DNA of 64,000 nucleotides from Eledone cirrhosa. Lineage: Eukaryota. The translations under genes and the position numbers were made by a program. How positions within the stretch are numbered: the stretch's first letter is position 1; each line of letters opens with the position of its first letter. The stretch is taken from NCBI GenBank assembly GCA_964016885.1, contig OZ024752.1, forward strand, positions 15,066,001 through 15,130,000, given 5' to 3'. Below, piece after piece: positions 11,931-24,506 of the stretch. The notes below the pieces were generated by a model that saw only the letters and a program-made list of their open reading frames with translations, did not search any database and was not told where the DNA came from.

Positions 11931-13297
11931 ATATATATATATATGCGTGTGTGTGTGTGTGGTAAAGATACACACACTCATCTATCTGGTTTATGGCGTG
12001 TTTTCTGATAACGTTTGTCCTAGACATGATGCGTGTATGGTCTTTGTTCATGTCCTTACTTACATCGATATTTTCAGAAAACATCATTTACGTATATTTG
12101 CCAATGAATTCATAATTAATCATTAGTTATCGATTTATTCTCGAAGTGCACATGAATTATTGTTTATTTTCATTCTCATTTATCAAATGTTGTTCCTACA
12201 TTTATGATTGGTTGGCTGCAATCTATATTTCAAGATATTCATGAACAGTCTATTTATATTGAAATGAATCAAATTGACAGATCTTGGAATGGTCATTCTG
12301 TGGCCTTATCGCTGAGATGCATCAGGCATCCTGTCGAAATGAAATATTTGTTAACACGTAAAACATATTTTACTGAATACTGATAATAAATTCCAATCTG
12401 TCAATTGAAGTGATATTCTCTAACTATGTTACAAAGGCAATACATTTTAAAATGGGCCAGAAACTGATAATCTAGTCATTGTTTAAATCCCATATGCCCT
12501 ACTAAATATCACTAATGTATATTCCTCTTCCGACTGCTGATGTGTTCGATAATATTACATGACAATCCTATATTAAAATATATTCATGTAAATGCATACA
12601 TATTCACAGCATTAGTATTATAATATATGATAGTGGTGTCGATATACATGATTCCAGCTGAAAGAACATTCTGACGTGCTATCATTTGTTCAAATTATTT
12701 AACTAAATATTTTATTCATGTAAGCCGTTTGCTTTTGATATAAACAAATTTCTTCAAAGACCCAAACGTTCTACTTAATCCAGTAAATGTATGCAAACGG
12801 ATGCTACCTATTGTTATAACATTTTTATATTTCGTTAATAAAATTAGGTTTCAATAATTTTCATCATATAAGGATATATAATTTCATTTATATTCTTTTG
12901 TAAGATATGTCATACAAGTTCTTTTCAGGACACAACATTTCAGAACATCAACATATGCAGCAAGAAAAATTGTTTAATCCACGATATGAATATTCGATAT
13001 CGTTCTCTGCTGTAAGGTAGATATTAACATTTTAACATGAAGTCTGTCAAGGTATTAGTCTTCTTTCATGTGGCGATATTGAAACTTATACATGAATAAC
13101 ATGAGATTACACAAGGAATAATGAAACATATCTAAGAATAAATAGTTCTGTATCTAAAATATAAAGTACAAACACACACACACATACACACACATACACA
13201 CACACTCCCCCCCCCCACACACATACACACACACACATACATACACACACATACACCCCCCACACACATACACACACACACACACACACACATACAA

Positions 13298-13344
<47 letters not shown>

Positions 13345-13347
<3 letters not shown>

Positions 13348-14275
13348 CGTTTCTGAATTTGTTTAGCAAGATTCTTTAGCTGAAAACGTGTGTTGAAACC
13401 GATATTGTTATACTTTGGGAGGGTCATGTTGCCAATAAGAAACACACGCACCAGTTGCTATCACTTCAATTTATTATAATAAATTTATAAATTTAGGAAT
13501 TTATAAATTTCCGGTTGGTTGGTTGGTTGGTTCCACAACCCGATGATTGTTTATATATTGTCAAAGTTCTTTCGTCACACATTCTGTCACCTCTTCAGTG
13601 CCTGGGGATTATTTTCTGTGTTTTTGTGCCTCTCCTTTGTTCTGTCCTACGCCATCTTGTTTTTGTGTGTGTTGTGTGCTTAGTTTGCCCATGTGTTACA
13701 TCCAGGTGTCTGTGTGTGTTTATATGTTTTTATTTATTTGTTTATTTACATGTTACAGGTTGGTTGTTTGTTCTATGCGCGTGTGTGTTTTCATTTTGTC
13801 CTTAATTGTAAGTTGTGATGTTGCTGTTCCATTCATGTTTTCTATTTAGTTTTAGTTGCAGTTCATTTATGTTTATTGCCTCTGTGATTTGTCTAAACAT
13901 TGCGTCTTTTCTGTGTGTAGATTCTATTTTTATTTCTATGTTCTCTAATTTACCCTTATGTTCTATTTTAGCATGTTGGTAGAGTACAGATGATTCTTTA
14001 CTATCTTGAAGGTCTCGCCAGTGTTCATTTATCCGTTCCCCTACACTACGAGCTGTGTCACCTATGTACACTATATTCTTATCTCTACATTGTCCTTCAG
14101 TACATCTTATGCTATATACTACATTTTTCGTTTTACAGAAATGTATAATCTGTAAATTAAGCCCCCATATTAACTGTAAAACTCGAAATGTAGTTTATAA
14201 ATTTATTATAATAAATTGAAGTGAAAGCACCTGGTGCGTGAGTTTCTTATTGGCAACATGACCCTCCCAAAGTAT

Positions 14276-14283
<8 letters not shown>
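13345..14283 (-). mobile_element. 5'-truncated PLE (related to PLE1) with an inverted 3'-segment at its 5' end
   Basis: GIY-YIG ORF 13802-14071 (YIGDTARSVGERINEHW...RQITEA...KLNRKHEW); HHR-like motif 13562-13600; 14195-14283 is an inverted copy of about 13401-13490; (TA)n on both sides. Confidence 0.88.
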
Positions 14284-14317
<34 letters not shown>

Positions 14318-14429
14318 ATACTTTGGGTATAGCTTTGGGGGGGTATAGCTCTACACATCATCACAGAAGTGAACCTAAACATCGAGTGCTCACCCGGGTG
14401 AACCTGCAGTTACTCCTAGTTACACCCCC

Positions 14430-14468
<39 letters not shown>

Positions 14469-14470
<2 letters not shown>

Positions 14471-15198
14471 TCATCATCATCATCATCAGGTTTAGCGTCC
14501 GTGTTCCACGCTTGCATGGGTTTGGACGGGAGTTTTCCCACTTGAGGCAAGAGTGGTTGTCTTGCTCGCATAGGACTGTCTGGCGGGTTTTCTACAGTTG
14601 GATGCCCTTCCTAACACCAACCACATTTACAGTGTGGGGCTGGGAGGTTTTTACCGTGTTGCCTACACGGCCACATTACAGCGTGGACTGTCTGGCGGGT
14701 TTTCTACAGCTGGATGCCCTTCCTAACACCAACCACATTTACAGTGGGGCTGGGAGGTTTTTACCGTGTTGCCTACACGGCCACATTTACAGCGTGGACT
14801 GTGTGTTTTTTTGTCGTGACACCTACACGATCTCATTTGTTTCGGCCTGGATGTTGTGGGACCAACATAACTTTACATTGAAAGGGGCGGTGTGGGTGGG
14901 GTGGAGGTGGTGGGACGGGGGTGTTTTGATAGAGATGCCTACTGACTGTAGTAGGTTTTTACTTTGTATTTAGGTAAGGCGGGTCTTCTCTATTACTGAG
15001 TACCGCCAAAGGTCTCGGTCCAGTAACATTGTCTTGGAGAGGTGTAAGCGTGTGAGGTCGGAATTTATCAGCTCGTCCCCTGTTTTTCTGGGTCTGCCTA
15101 CTCCGTGGCTACCGTCTATCTTTATTGCCCTGCACTTTGTTATACAGCTGTCGTCTTTCATGCGCATCACGTGACCGTACCAACGTAGCCTTCTCTCT
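14469..15198 (-). mobile_element. RTE-clade LINE 3' fragment with (GAT)n tail
   Basis: C-terminus RLRWYGHVMRM...GRPRKT...DRDLWR; 3' UTR with a duplicated ggatgcccttcctaacaccaaccac block; (atc)n at 14469. Confidence 0.85.
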
Positions 15199-15208
15199 AG
15201 TAAAGAAC

Positions 15209-15267
<59 letters not shown>

Positions 15268-15271
<4 letters not shown>

Positions 15272-16312
15272 CAAGGTATTAATATAATAATAAATGGAAA
15301 CCATATTTATAAAACCATATTTATTTTATTATATTATTTTATTATTTTAAGGGCGGTGGATTGGCAGTATCGGTAGAGGCTCGGACGCCATGCTTTCCAG
15401 CATAATTACGTACCTTTACAATCTGAGTTTAAATCCCGCCGATGTTGACTTTGCCTTTCATCCTTACGGGGTCGATAAAATAAAGTACCAGTAATGCACT
15501 GGAAATTGCTGGTCTTGTGCCTAAAGTAGAAACAATTATATTATTTTAATATATATATTTCAAGGGTGACGAAGCAACCTTGGTGCGCTTTCATCAGATA
15601 AAATACAAAATTTGTTTTATAAATAATGACATACCCATGGAAATCACAGCTTAACGGTTCGAATATTCGCTGGATATTGGAAACTTATTAGGGGTAATTC
15701 AAAATGATGTGTGAATATGCAAATTGATGTACGAAAAAGTGAAAAAAAAAACGTTTATTTAAATTACGCTGGGTGAGGATGAGAAGAAAGAGAGAGCGAA
15801 AAAATTACTGTTATGAGATATATAGAGAGATAGAGAGAGGAGAGACATTTAACAGAGGATGAATTCATATAACGTAAATAAGTCTCAAATTTATATTAAA
15901 GTTACGTATATATAGTAATAATTTTGTTGTTAGAATTCTAATATAATACAATATAATATTAAGTTTTATAGGTAAAAAGAAAAAAATATATATAGTAAAA
16001 GTAAATATATATATAACAATATATATTGAAAATCTAATAATATATATTGAAAAATAAATTGAGAGTGAATAGATACATGTAGAAAATAGATAGAAAAATA
16101 TAGATAGGGAATAGATATATGAATAGAGGAATGGCTATATGAGTGTATATATAGCTATATTCTGTTATAGATAATTATTTTAATAATTTATGAGGGACAG
16201 TTTCCATTTATTATTATCTTGGAATATTTACTCCAGTAACTTGTTAAGTGCTCTATATCAGTCATAAATATTTATGTTTGTCGGAATTCCAACAAATTAA
16301 ATACAACTCCTT
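15268..16312 (-). mobile_element. HHR-bearing family B element with inverted 3' module, interrupted by a SINE
   Basis: Homologous to 17549-17815; HHR on minus at 15543-15604; 16200-16312 is the family B 3' end in plus orientation. Confidence 0.75.
15350..15536 (+). mobile_element. Full-length tRNA-type SINE with 11-bp TSD (tattattttaa)
   Basis: A-box-like tggcagtatcgg, B-box-like gagtttaaatcc, conserved gcctttcatcc...gtcgataaaa..agtaccag core, many copies in the window. Confidence 0.9.
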
Positions 16313-16358
16313 ACATATATATATGTAGAAAAACCACAGACCCTCCATCTCAACTCTA

Positions 16359-16394
16359 CTTTTGAAAAGCAGAAGAACTGCGAAACCGGTAAAG
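16359..16394 (+). ncRNA. Minimal hammerhead candidate with a U3-A8 core variant
   Basis: ctt-TTGAAAA-gcag-aagaa-ctgc-GAAA-ccgg-TA-aag. Confidence 0.5.
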
Positions 16395-16528
16395 CAACCA
16401 AATAAATATATATATATATATATTTTAAATAAGACTCCAGTTGCATTTTCGATTTCATCTTTTTTTCTTTATACTTTCACTCGTGTAGGACAACTCGGTT
16501 ATTTTTCATTTTGTAAAAAAAACCTCAC

Positions 16529-16598
<70 letters not shown>

Positions 16599-16881
16599 TA
16601 GATCATGTCTAAAGAATCAATCAGATATTAAAATATATACTATTTCTTCCTCTAATTAGCATAATTAACCATATACAAAATCAAATCTAGCAAGCTTTAA
16701 GAATAAATTTTCTTACGGGGAAATCCCTGACAAACAATCGATCGTAGCCTCTTCGCGGCAGCTCCGTTCCACTATTTATCAAACATTTCGGCAGCATGCG
16801 GAATCCGATCAAATATACCATCAACCGCACATAATTAGTAGTAAAATTAAACCTAGAAGAAATGAGCACATACCGTAATTA

Positions 16882-16961
16882 TATCCCTACCATGGTTTCT
16901 TCCTTATTTAGGACATCCAAATAATATGGAAACATCCTGAGTTAGGTTTCATCAGGGGATA
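16882..16961 (-). ncRNA. Type I hammerhead ribozyme in the TA-flanked island 16597-17080
   Basis: tatccc-CTGATGA-[aacct...aggatgttt...ggatgtcct...aggaa]-GAAA-ccatgg-TA-gggata. Confidence 0.75.
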
Positions 16962-17355
16962 AACTCAGAATCAGACATTTATTTTCTCAAACCGACCGCG
17001 CCAAATTTAGATTCAAAAATGGCTAAGATCGCTATGTAGCTGTGTACCAGCCATTGAGCGTAAAAGTGAACAGTTGCAACATATATATATATATATATAT
17101 ACGGGGTAACAAATTATTGTTATAGGTAGTCCACTTAAGTGTAGTCCAGTTATGGTATCCGGGTAGTTTATACATATGCCTCATGTCAGCTAGTTTCACA
17201 CGCTAAAATCGTAGATATACTATACTTCCCACCTAGATTGATGTTGTGGTTATTTCAAATAATTTATTGCTAGCATTGTTAGTATTGTTGTTATTGTTCT
17301 GATTGAATGCCATTACTACTATATATAGTAGCCATGCCTGTATATTCTGTTCATT

Positions 17356-17474
17356 CTCACAAGCTCCGATGAATTGACTGGGTATAACATTGTATTAGTG
17401 ATCGAATAGCGTGAAAACAAGCGGGTAGCGATCTCTAGACCTACCAGTTCAGAGAAACAATTGTCAGCAATGAG
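17356..17474 (+). ncRNA. Hammerhead-like motif with ~80-nt stem II and U4C change
   Basis: ctca..gct-CCGATGA-[tgactgggta...taccagttca]-GAAA-caattg-TC-agc..tgag. Confidence 0.5.
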
Positions 17475-17682
17475 ATTAAAAACCTTTTTTGTATAGCAAA
17501 CCGTGTCACTCTTCTTTCCTGATTTATTATATATATATATATATATATGCAGAGGTTATATTTAATTTGTTGGGATTCAACAAGCTTAAACATTTTTATA
17601 ACTGATATAGAGCACTCAACAGTTTAGTGGAGTGTTTATTCAATATATTAATAAATGGAAACTATATTTATAAAACTATAAT

Positions 17683-17748
17683 TATTTTATTATATACATT
17701 TCAAGGGCAACCAAGGCAAATTATGGTGCGCTTTCATCAGATAAAATA
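17683..17748 (-). ncRNA. Type I hammerhead ribozyme, family B (element 17549-17815)
   Basis: tattttat-CTGATGA-aagcgcacca...tggttgccctt-GAAA-tgtata-TA-ataaaata, with an 8-bp stem I. Confidence 0.8.
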
Positions 17749-17824
17749 GAGATTTGTTTTATAAATAAATATTGACAAGCCCGGAAAAAAGACAACATTA
17801 ACGGTTGAAGCTTCCTTTATATAT

Positions 17825-18251
17825 ATAGTTATAAACGAAAGATATATACTTTATATCATCTCTATTTATTTCATTCTATATTTCGAAGATGTAAAGTTTT
17901 ATCAATAACATAAAGCAAAACATGCCCTCCTCAGATAACATATATAGAAAATGTATAATTGTTTCATGATATGCTGGTAGACAAACGAGCTGGACAGATC
18001 GGTGACCACCAAGCGTATGACTATATTAGTCATATTTAGTAATTTTCTATATAGTTTATCTGAGGAGGACATGTTTTAATTTATGCTAAACATGAAACTT
18101 TACATCTTCGAAATATATATAATGAAATAAATAGAGATGATACATATCTTTCGTTTATAACTATTCGGATAAATTTAAACCGTTCAGTGCTTGGCATCTG
18201 TTATATATAAGAACGAGTTGATCGTAAATCAACTAACTCTTTTTTTCATTG

Positions 18252-18252
<1 letters not shown>
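17825..18252. mobile_element. Fold-back HHR element, family F
   Basis: Arms ~17825-17951 and ~18043-18164. Plus HHR 18055-18126 (tttat-CTGAGGA...GAAA-tatata-TA-atgaa); degenerate minus copy ~17868-17937. Confidence 0.75.
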
Positions 18253-18309
<57 letters not shown>

Positions 18310-18313
18310 TATA

Positions 18314-18834
18314 CTAGCCGAATTACCCGCGCCTTGCCGCGTTTCACACATTTTTCTTTTGTGAGAAAATGATGATTTATTTTAAATCAGTGATATAATT
18401 TATGGAGAAAAACTTTGCATTTCAAAATTACTCAATGTAAAATATAATGCATGAAAAATTGGAAAACATTTTTTGTAATATATAAAATCAAATTTACATT
18501 ATTAAATGTTATTCTTATTTCGTTTCTTGTAAATAATTTTTTTCAAAATATCAATTCAAAACTTTTGTTAATAGGCATCATATCTTGTCATTTACTTATG
18601 GTTTAAATTTCAAATAAATCGAAGGGAAAAAAAGATTCAGCGGGGGTTTGTGCCCCCAGAGGTCACTTTGATTAAAATAAAACATACTTATCCAAGTGCC
18701 CTGGGTAATGTAGTTTAAGAATATATATGGTAATGGGGGTCTATCTCCAAAGCCATAGGAAAAGTTCGTGAACAAACAAACAACCAACCAACCAAACAAA
18801 CAAAATACAGGAACTACAACTTTATACATATAGA
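18314..18834 (-). mobile_element. Non-autonomous Helitron
   Basis: Minus strand starts TC (a|tctatatgtataaag), carries (TTTG/TTGG)n, ends with a GC-rich subterminal segment and CTAG|t; inserted between A and T. Confidence 0.7.
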
Positions 18835-18859
18835 TATATGGATTATAAAAGAGAAAATT

Positions 18860-19041
18860 TCGCTCTACATGGCTGAATACAATAAATGTAATCTGAGATT
18901 TTCGAATATTAATAATAACATTCGATTCGTTCGCAAGTATGCCTACACAAGAGCAAAAATAAAGGGTTCATTCTACTGACATGGCTATAAAATTGAGGCT
19001 TGTTTGCATAATTGCGAAGGAATCAAATGTTTTTATTAATA
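18860..19041. mobile_element. Inverted-repeat non-autonomous element (short copy)
   Basis: tgtaatctgag..ttcgaatattaataa is matched by ttattaatattcgaaaaactcagattaca. Related copies at 19482-19894, 22815-23277 and 23335-23593. Confidence 0.75.
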
Positions 19042-19444
19042 TTCGAAAAACTCAGATTACAGATATATGGATTATTTATCATATAATAATTGGATATGTA
19101 TTCTATTAATTATCACCATCTCTATTTATTTTTTTACATTTTGCTACACGTGAAACTGGTTAAGTTGTATGATTTCTTATGTTTCCCACGAGAATGTATG
19201 TGAGATATGTAATAAAGTGTACCTATTTCAACTGACATCTTACTTCACTCTCAGGTGCATTCCTTTCATGAAAAAAACTACGTAAATTTAATTGACGCCA
19301 TTTTCTCTATGATTATAACCAGCAAGAATATATGATGCATATAAATATATATGCTGTCACACACACACACATACATATACACACACACACATATATATAT
19401 ACACACACACACATATACACACACACACATACACACACACACAT

Positions 19445-19481
<37 letters not shown>

Positions 19482-19485
<4 letters not shown>

Positions 19486-19978
19486 ACCTGAATGTTTCGA
19501 ATATTAATAATAACATTCGATTTGTTTGCAATTATGCAAATATGGCTGATCGGAGGAAGGATCTGCTAATATGCAGATCTGACTGATCAGCCAGTCTGCT
19601 AATATGCAAATCAAGCCGATCAGTCACTGTGTATTTTTGAAAATAGCATATATTTTCCCTCGCTCTGACAGTTTCGCAGGTGAAAGGTGAGCTGTACTGA
19701 TGAAGGGTGATACCCAGAAACATTAGTGTCTGCAGTTCTGTTTGCATGCCAATACAAGAGCAAGAATGAAGTATTCATTCTACTGACATGGCTATAAAAT
19801 TGAGTCTTGTTTGCATAATTGCAAACGAACCGAATGTTATTATTGATATTCGAAAAACTCAGATTACATTTATTTTATTCAGCCATGTAGAGCGAAAAAT
19901 GATAGGCGCTCGTCGTTGGGAAGTGAAATGGGAAGCATACACAATTTCACTTCCCGTCGACGAGCGCCTATCATTTTT
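19482..19978. mobile_element. Inverted-repeat element (long copy) with adjoining 84-nt hairpin
   Basis: Same inverted repeats as 18860-19041; hairpin aaaaatgataggcgctcgtcg..gggaagtgaaat / atttcacttccc..cgacgagcgcctatcattttt at 19895-19978. Confidence 0.75.
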
Positions 19979-20719
19979 GTGTAGAATATTTTTCAAGTGA
20001 TTTTATAAAACGTCATATAATGGCATGTTATTTTTTTCTTTATTTTCCCTTCCATAGAATGGGGATTCATTTAAAAGAGACCGCCTGATACTTTAATATC
20101 TATTTCTATAAAATATAACAATGTTCCTAAAAGAACATATGTCCATACATGTATTGATATCAATTCAGACATTCTTCAGACTCATCATACTATGATAAAA
20201 ATGATTGTGTGTCTATAAATATTAATTTCCTTAACAGTGCACAGTATTATATTACCTTATGAAAAAGAATCCAAAGCAAAACACAATACAGTCTATATAA
20301 GTTGAAATGCCTGAATGTATTTCGTTTGTACGATCTACTCTTCAGATTAAATATTGTTGTAGCGTCATTTCATTCCATGCACTTGATAGATTATCTATTG
20401 TTATTTTATGAATTGTGAACGATAAATGATCTACTACTTTCCGACGGATTGCCACATGGCTTAATCAATTAATATAATAGAAAAGCCGATACTTACTTTC
20501 GCATCGCAATAGTCTATGTTTGGTTAGTAATATGCCGTCAATTTCTATCGCATAAAACATTCAATCCACCGTTCAAATAAGTGTCAATTCGCCGCCAATC
20601 AAACGCAATTTTACATTAGAAAAAGCTCAATATTCCCGGTCGAATCGAAATTGACAGCCCATTACTTACCGAACATAGACTATTGCGAAGCGAAAGTAAG
20701 TATTGGAACGAATACCATA

Positions 20720-20830
20720 GAGTCTAAGGTATTCGTTCCGGCTCTATGCTCTCTGAGTGCAAATCTGACCGAGTTCAACTTTGCCTTCCTTCAAGCTTTC
20801 GAGGTCAATAAAAAAAAATACCAGTGTTGT
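20720..20830 (+). mobile_element. Old degenerate SINE copy
   Basis: ctgagtgcaaatctgaccgagttcaactttgccttc...gtcaataaaa..taccagt. Confidence 0.6.
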
Positions 20831-21564
20831 ACTGAGGTCGATTCTTCCTCTATATCTCTTTCTCATTTCATTTCTCTCATCTTCTATCTTTCTCTGGAAG
20901 AAATCTGCTGTACTCAGTCTGGAGATGGGATGGCTTCGCCAGGCTTATAATACCCAAGAAACACCATGTGTCAATCCGTGCCCCTCTGACTACATCAAGA
21001 GTGACGGGACTGTGCATTGCAGTTGATATATCTACACGTTAGAGTCTTATGTAGTACATCATACAGCTCTGAATCATACGAGATTCATTCAAGAGGTTGT
21101 GTGACTTTTCTTTACAGGCTCTTTTAATTTACCTACCTAACTCTCACTCTAATACATCCCTGATATGGTTGTAATAAGCGTACATGTTTTGCCTAATACT
21201 TATTAATCGTAGACAGAGGGATTTTTACCATATTTTTCAAACCCTAAATCAGAAAAGTCTCGAATTGCAACACATCATAACAGATATGGATTTAAATCAG
21301 CAAATTTCTCCAGCCAATACGGTATACATTTTAATGTTAATTCATTCAACACAGTGTGGATAACGTTGCAGAATGTAAAGCCGCAAGAACACATTGATTC
21401 AGATAACTGAGAAAGAATCTATCAATGTAACCACCATGGTAGTTCACTACATTAAATATCTCATGACATATCTTCTAATATATCAAGAGGATTAAGTAAT
21501 ATCCTATTACGTGATTTTACACTTTGACGATTCTGCCCTCACGACATTCTCAAGAATAAGTGGG

Positions 21565-21727
21565 CGAAGAAGAAGAAGAAGAAGAAGAAGAAGAAGAAGA
21601 AGAAGAAGGAGAAGAAGAAGAAGAAGAAGAAGAAGAAGAAGAAGAAGAAGAAGAAGAAGAAGAAGAAGAAGAAGAAGAAGAAGAAGAAGAAGAAGAAGAA
21701 GAAGAAGAAGAAGAAGAAGAAGAAGAA
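21565..21727. repeat. (GAA)n microsatellite
   Basis: Direct reading. The poly-R, poly-F and poly-S ORFs are artefacts. Confidence 0.98.
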
Positions 21728-23030
21728 ATTAACATGTGAAGATGCTTCTGATAACTTCAAACCGATACCACATACATCAACAGAATACCTAGAAATATCA
21801 TATATATCAACAGGAACCTTTTACAGATATCGTATATATATATATCTTATATATCAACATGTTATATCTACTGACAGTTTCCTAACAAGTTTATAACTTT
21901 TTTTAATTAAAAAAGAAAAGAAAAACCTAATATGTTATAATTGAATCAATATAATCCACACCTTTGAAACATATCTCCCTATCTCTGCAAAGATTCATAA
22001 AAAATACTCATTATCAAGAAAGTTATAAGGAAACCTGTTTCGATAGCTGGCATCATCAGTAGATACAAAAATCGTTCAGTTTGGAGAATTCACTGGAAAT
22101 AGCAACGAAATATTTTATCTTCATCCGAGACATTCCAGACCGATTCAATATCAACCGTGACAAATTATTAAACCAGATGGGATTCAAGGACACACATATC
22201 AAAACAGATCAATCCCAGCCAAACCTAGATATATTTTAAACCTAAGTAAAAGATAAATATAGAAGAATCATTTTCAAAATGTCTTAAAATTTCAATTGAT
22301 AGGAGTCTATAAAGATGCCAGTGACAGCAATTTAAAAAAAAAGACTTGTGACCTACGTAATAACCAGTAATAACTCACAAATAATGTTAAGATAGTTCAG
22401 TGTTAAAAGCGCTCTAGCCACTGACAAATTTGCAGTATTTAGATTTAATGCGCTAAACACTGAAAAGCTTTCATTTGGAAACAAACCTGGATGTTATTTA
22501 TTCATTTTAGATTGACGTATAAAGAAAACATATTTTATATTCATTTTTCTCTTCTCTAAAATAGCAACTCCTAAATCCTTTGCAACTTCATATTTAACAG
22601 TTAAATATCGTTTCACCGCGAGTTATGTATTCTTAATGCATTTCTCACCCCATAAATTATAAGGGACGCATTTTTTCATCTAAATCTCAAAGAACTTCAC
22701 AGGCGAATATTTATATTTTCATTAAGCTGTTGCTTGTTGCGATTAGAATTTCAATTCCGTCACCATAAATTGAATGAGATACACGAGAATGCATTACAAA
22801 ATAGCAAACACATAGTCACTGTATATTTTAGAAAATATCATTTATTTTCACTAGCTCTGACAGTTGGCAGGTGAACAGTGAGCTGTACTGATAAAGGGCA
22901 ATCACCCACAAAAATTAGTGTCTGCAGTTCTGTTTACATGTCAACATAAGTGCAAAAATGACGAGGTCATTCTACTGACATGGGTTTAAAGAGCTGTTTG
23001 CATAATTGCATACGAATTAAATACTATTAT

Positions 23031-23222
23031 TGGAGGATGATTGGCAGTATCGGTAGAGGGTCAGAGGCCATGCTTTACAACAAAGAGTTACGCCCCTTTA
23101 TGATCTGAGTTCAAATCCCGCCGTGGTTAACTTTGCCTTTCATCCTTACGGGGTCGATAAAATAAAGTATCAGTAATGCACTGGGATAATTGCTGGCCTT
23201 GTGCCAAAAGTAAAAACAATTA
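23031..23222 (+). mobile_element. SINE inserted in an inverted-repeat element
   Basis: Full SINE consensus interrupting ...tattatt|tattaatattcgaaaaaactcag. Confidence 0.9.
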
Positions 23223-23377
23223 TTAATATTCGAAAAAACTCAGATTACATTTATTGTATTCAGCCATGTAGAGCGATAAACTATTTGTTAGTTATTTGAA
23301 TATGGCAAGGTCGGCTATTAATCGCTCGTGTACATGCATAATTGCAAACGAATCGAATATCATTATTGATATTCGAA

Positions 23378-23563
23378 GAGCGGTGGATGGGCATTATCAG
23401 TAGAGGATCGGACGCCATGCTTTGAAGCAGAGTTGCCTCCCTTTATGATCTGAGTTCCAATCCCGCCAAGGTTAACTTTGCCTTTCATCCTTACGGAATG
23501 GATAAAATAAAGTACCAGTAATGCACTGGGATAATTGCTGGCCTTGTGCCAAAAGTATAAAGA
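23378..23563 (+). mobile_element. SINE with ~16-bp TSD (attatt(g/a)atatt(c/t)gaa)
   Basis: SINE consensus with duplicated flank. Confidence 0.9.
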
Positions 23564-24506
23564 ATTATTAATATTTGAAAAACTCAAATTACATAACAAA
23601 ATATATCCTTTGACAATGGCATAGATCAACTTCATTAAAGATTTAGAGGCCCCGTAAAAATCTATGTATTTGGTTAGTTAAAAAATAAATGGTCATTTAA
23701 AACACATATTACAATGATTGTTGTTGCCCCGAAAAAATAATTTTATAGACTATAAAAATAGTTTATATAATATATCCATCATGTGATTATTGTTAGTTGC
23801 GGTTTTCCGTAGCATTGGTATATAGAATGAACCCACTTAAGAGAAACAACTTTGGAAACATAACTACATCTACTATTGTTTAGGCTACATGCTATATCAC
23901 CAAATCACAATATTTACAATAGAAAAATATGGTGAATATGGTTATATATCAGTAGCTTGATACACAGAAATATTAATTGAAAGATTTTACATTCATTTCA
24001 TATTTACTTAAACCGGAAAATGTATTTCATTCGCAAAAAAATTCTCTGCATAAATAATTATTTTTCTTAGACAAATAAACGTAGGTTTATATCGTGTTGC
24101 AATATGACATGGATTGTATCGTTATCTTGCGATAAACAACGTCTAGAAATGAGTGATTATATGGCAGACTTGTAGAACGCAATTCCTAGATATATAAATG
24201 TATGTCTGCATAGAAATCCGACTCCTATTTTTTCATACTTATGCTTTCTTCTGGATCTCAATCAATCTTCATCTCGTTGAAAGAATTGGTCTCTCCAAAA
24301 CGAAAGAAATAAGAAAGAAAATTGAAATTAGATGTTAAGATGGATTTTAGGTCATGCAAACATAAATCTATTACTTCTGTATCTATACTTTAGTTCTAAT
24401 CAATCAATTATATATTATTTATCTATAAAAGATTTGCTTTGCCAAAAGGTTAGAATTAAAAAAAATCTATCATATATATATAATTGTCTGTGCTATGTAT
24501 TATGTA

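Noticed and set aside
11990-13110. Non-repetitive AT-rich stretch with possible minus-strand splice acceptors
   Set aside because: No recognisable protein or paired splice sites; a host exon cannot be supported without RNA data.
20651-21026. Two overlapping ORFs of 99 and 81 aa
   Set aside because: They overlap a decayed SINE and have no recognisable domain.
22030-22065. Minus-strand CTGATGA...GAAA motif
   Set aside because: No convincing stems I, II or III.
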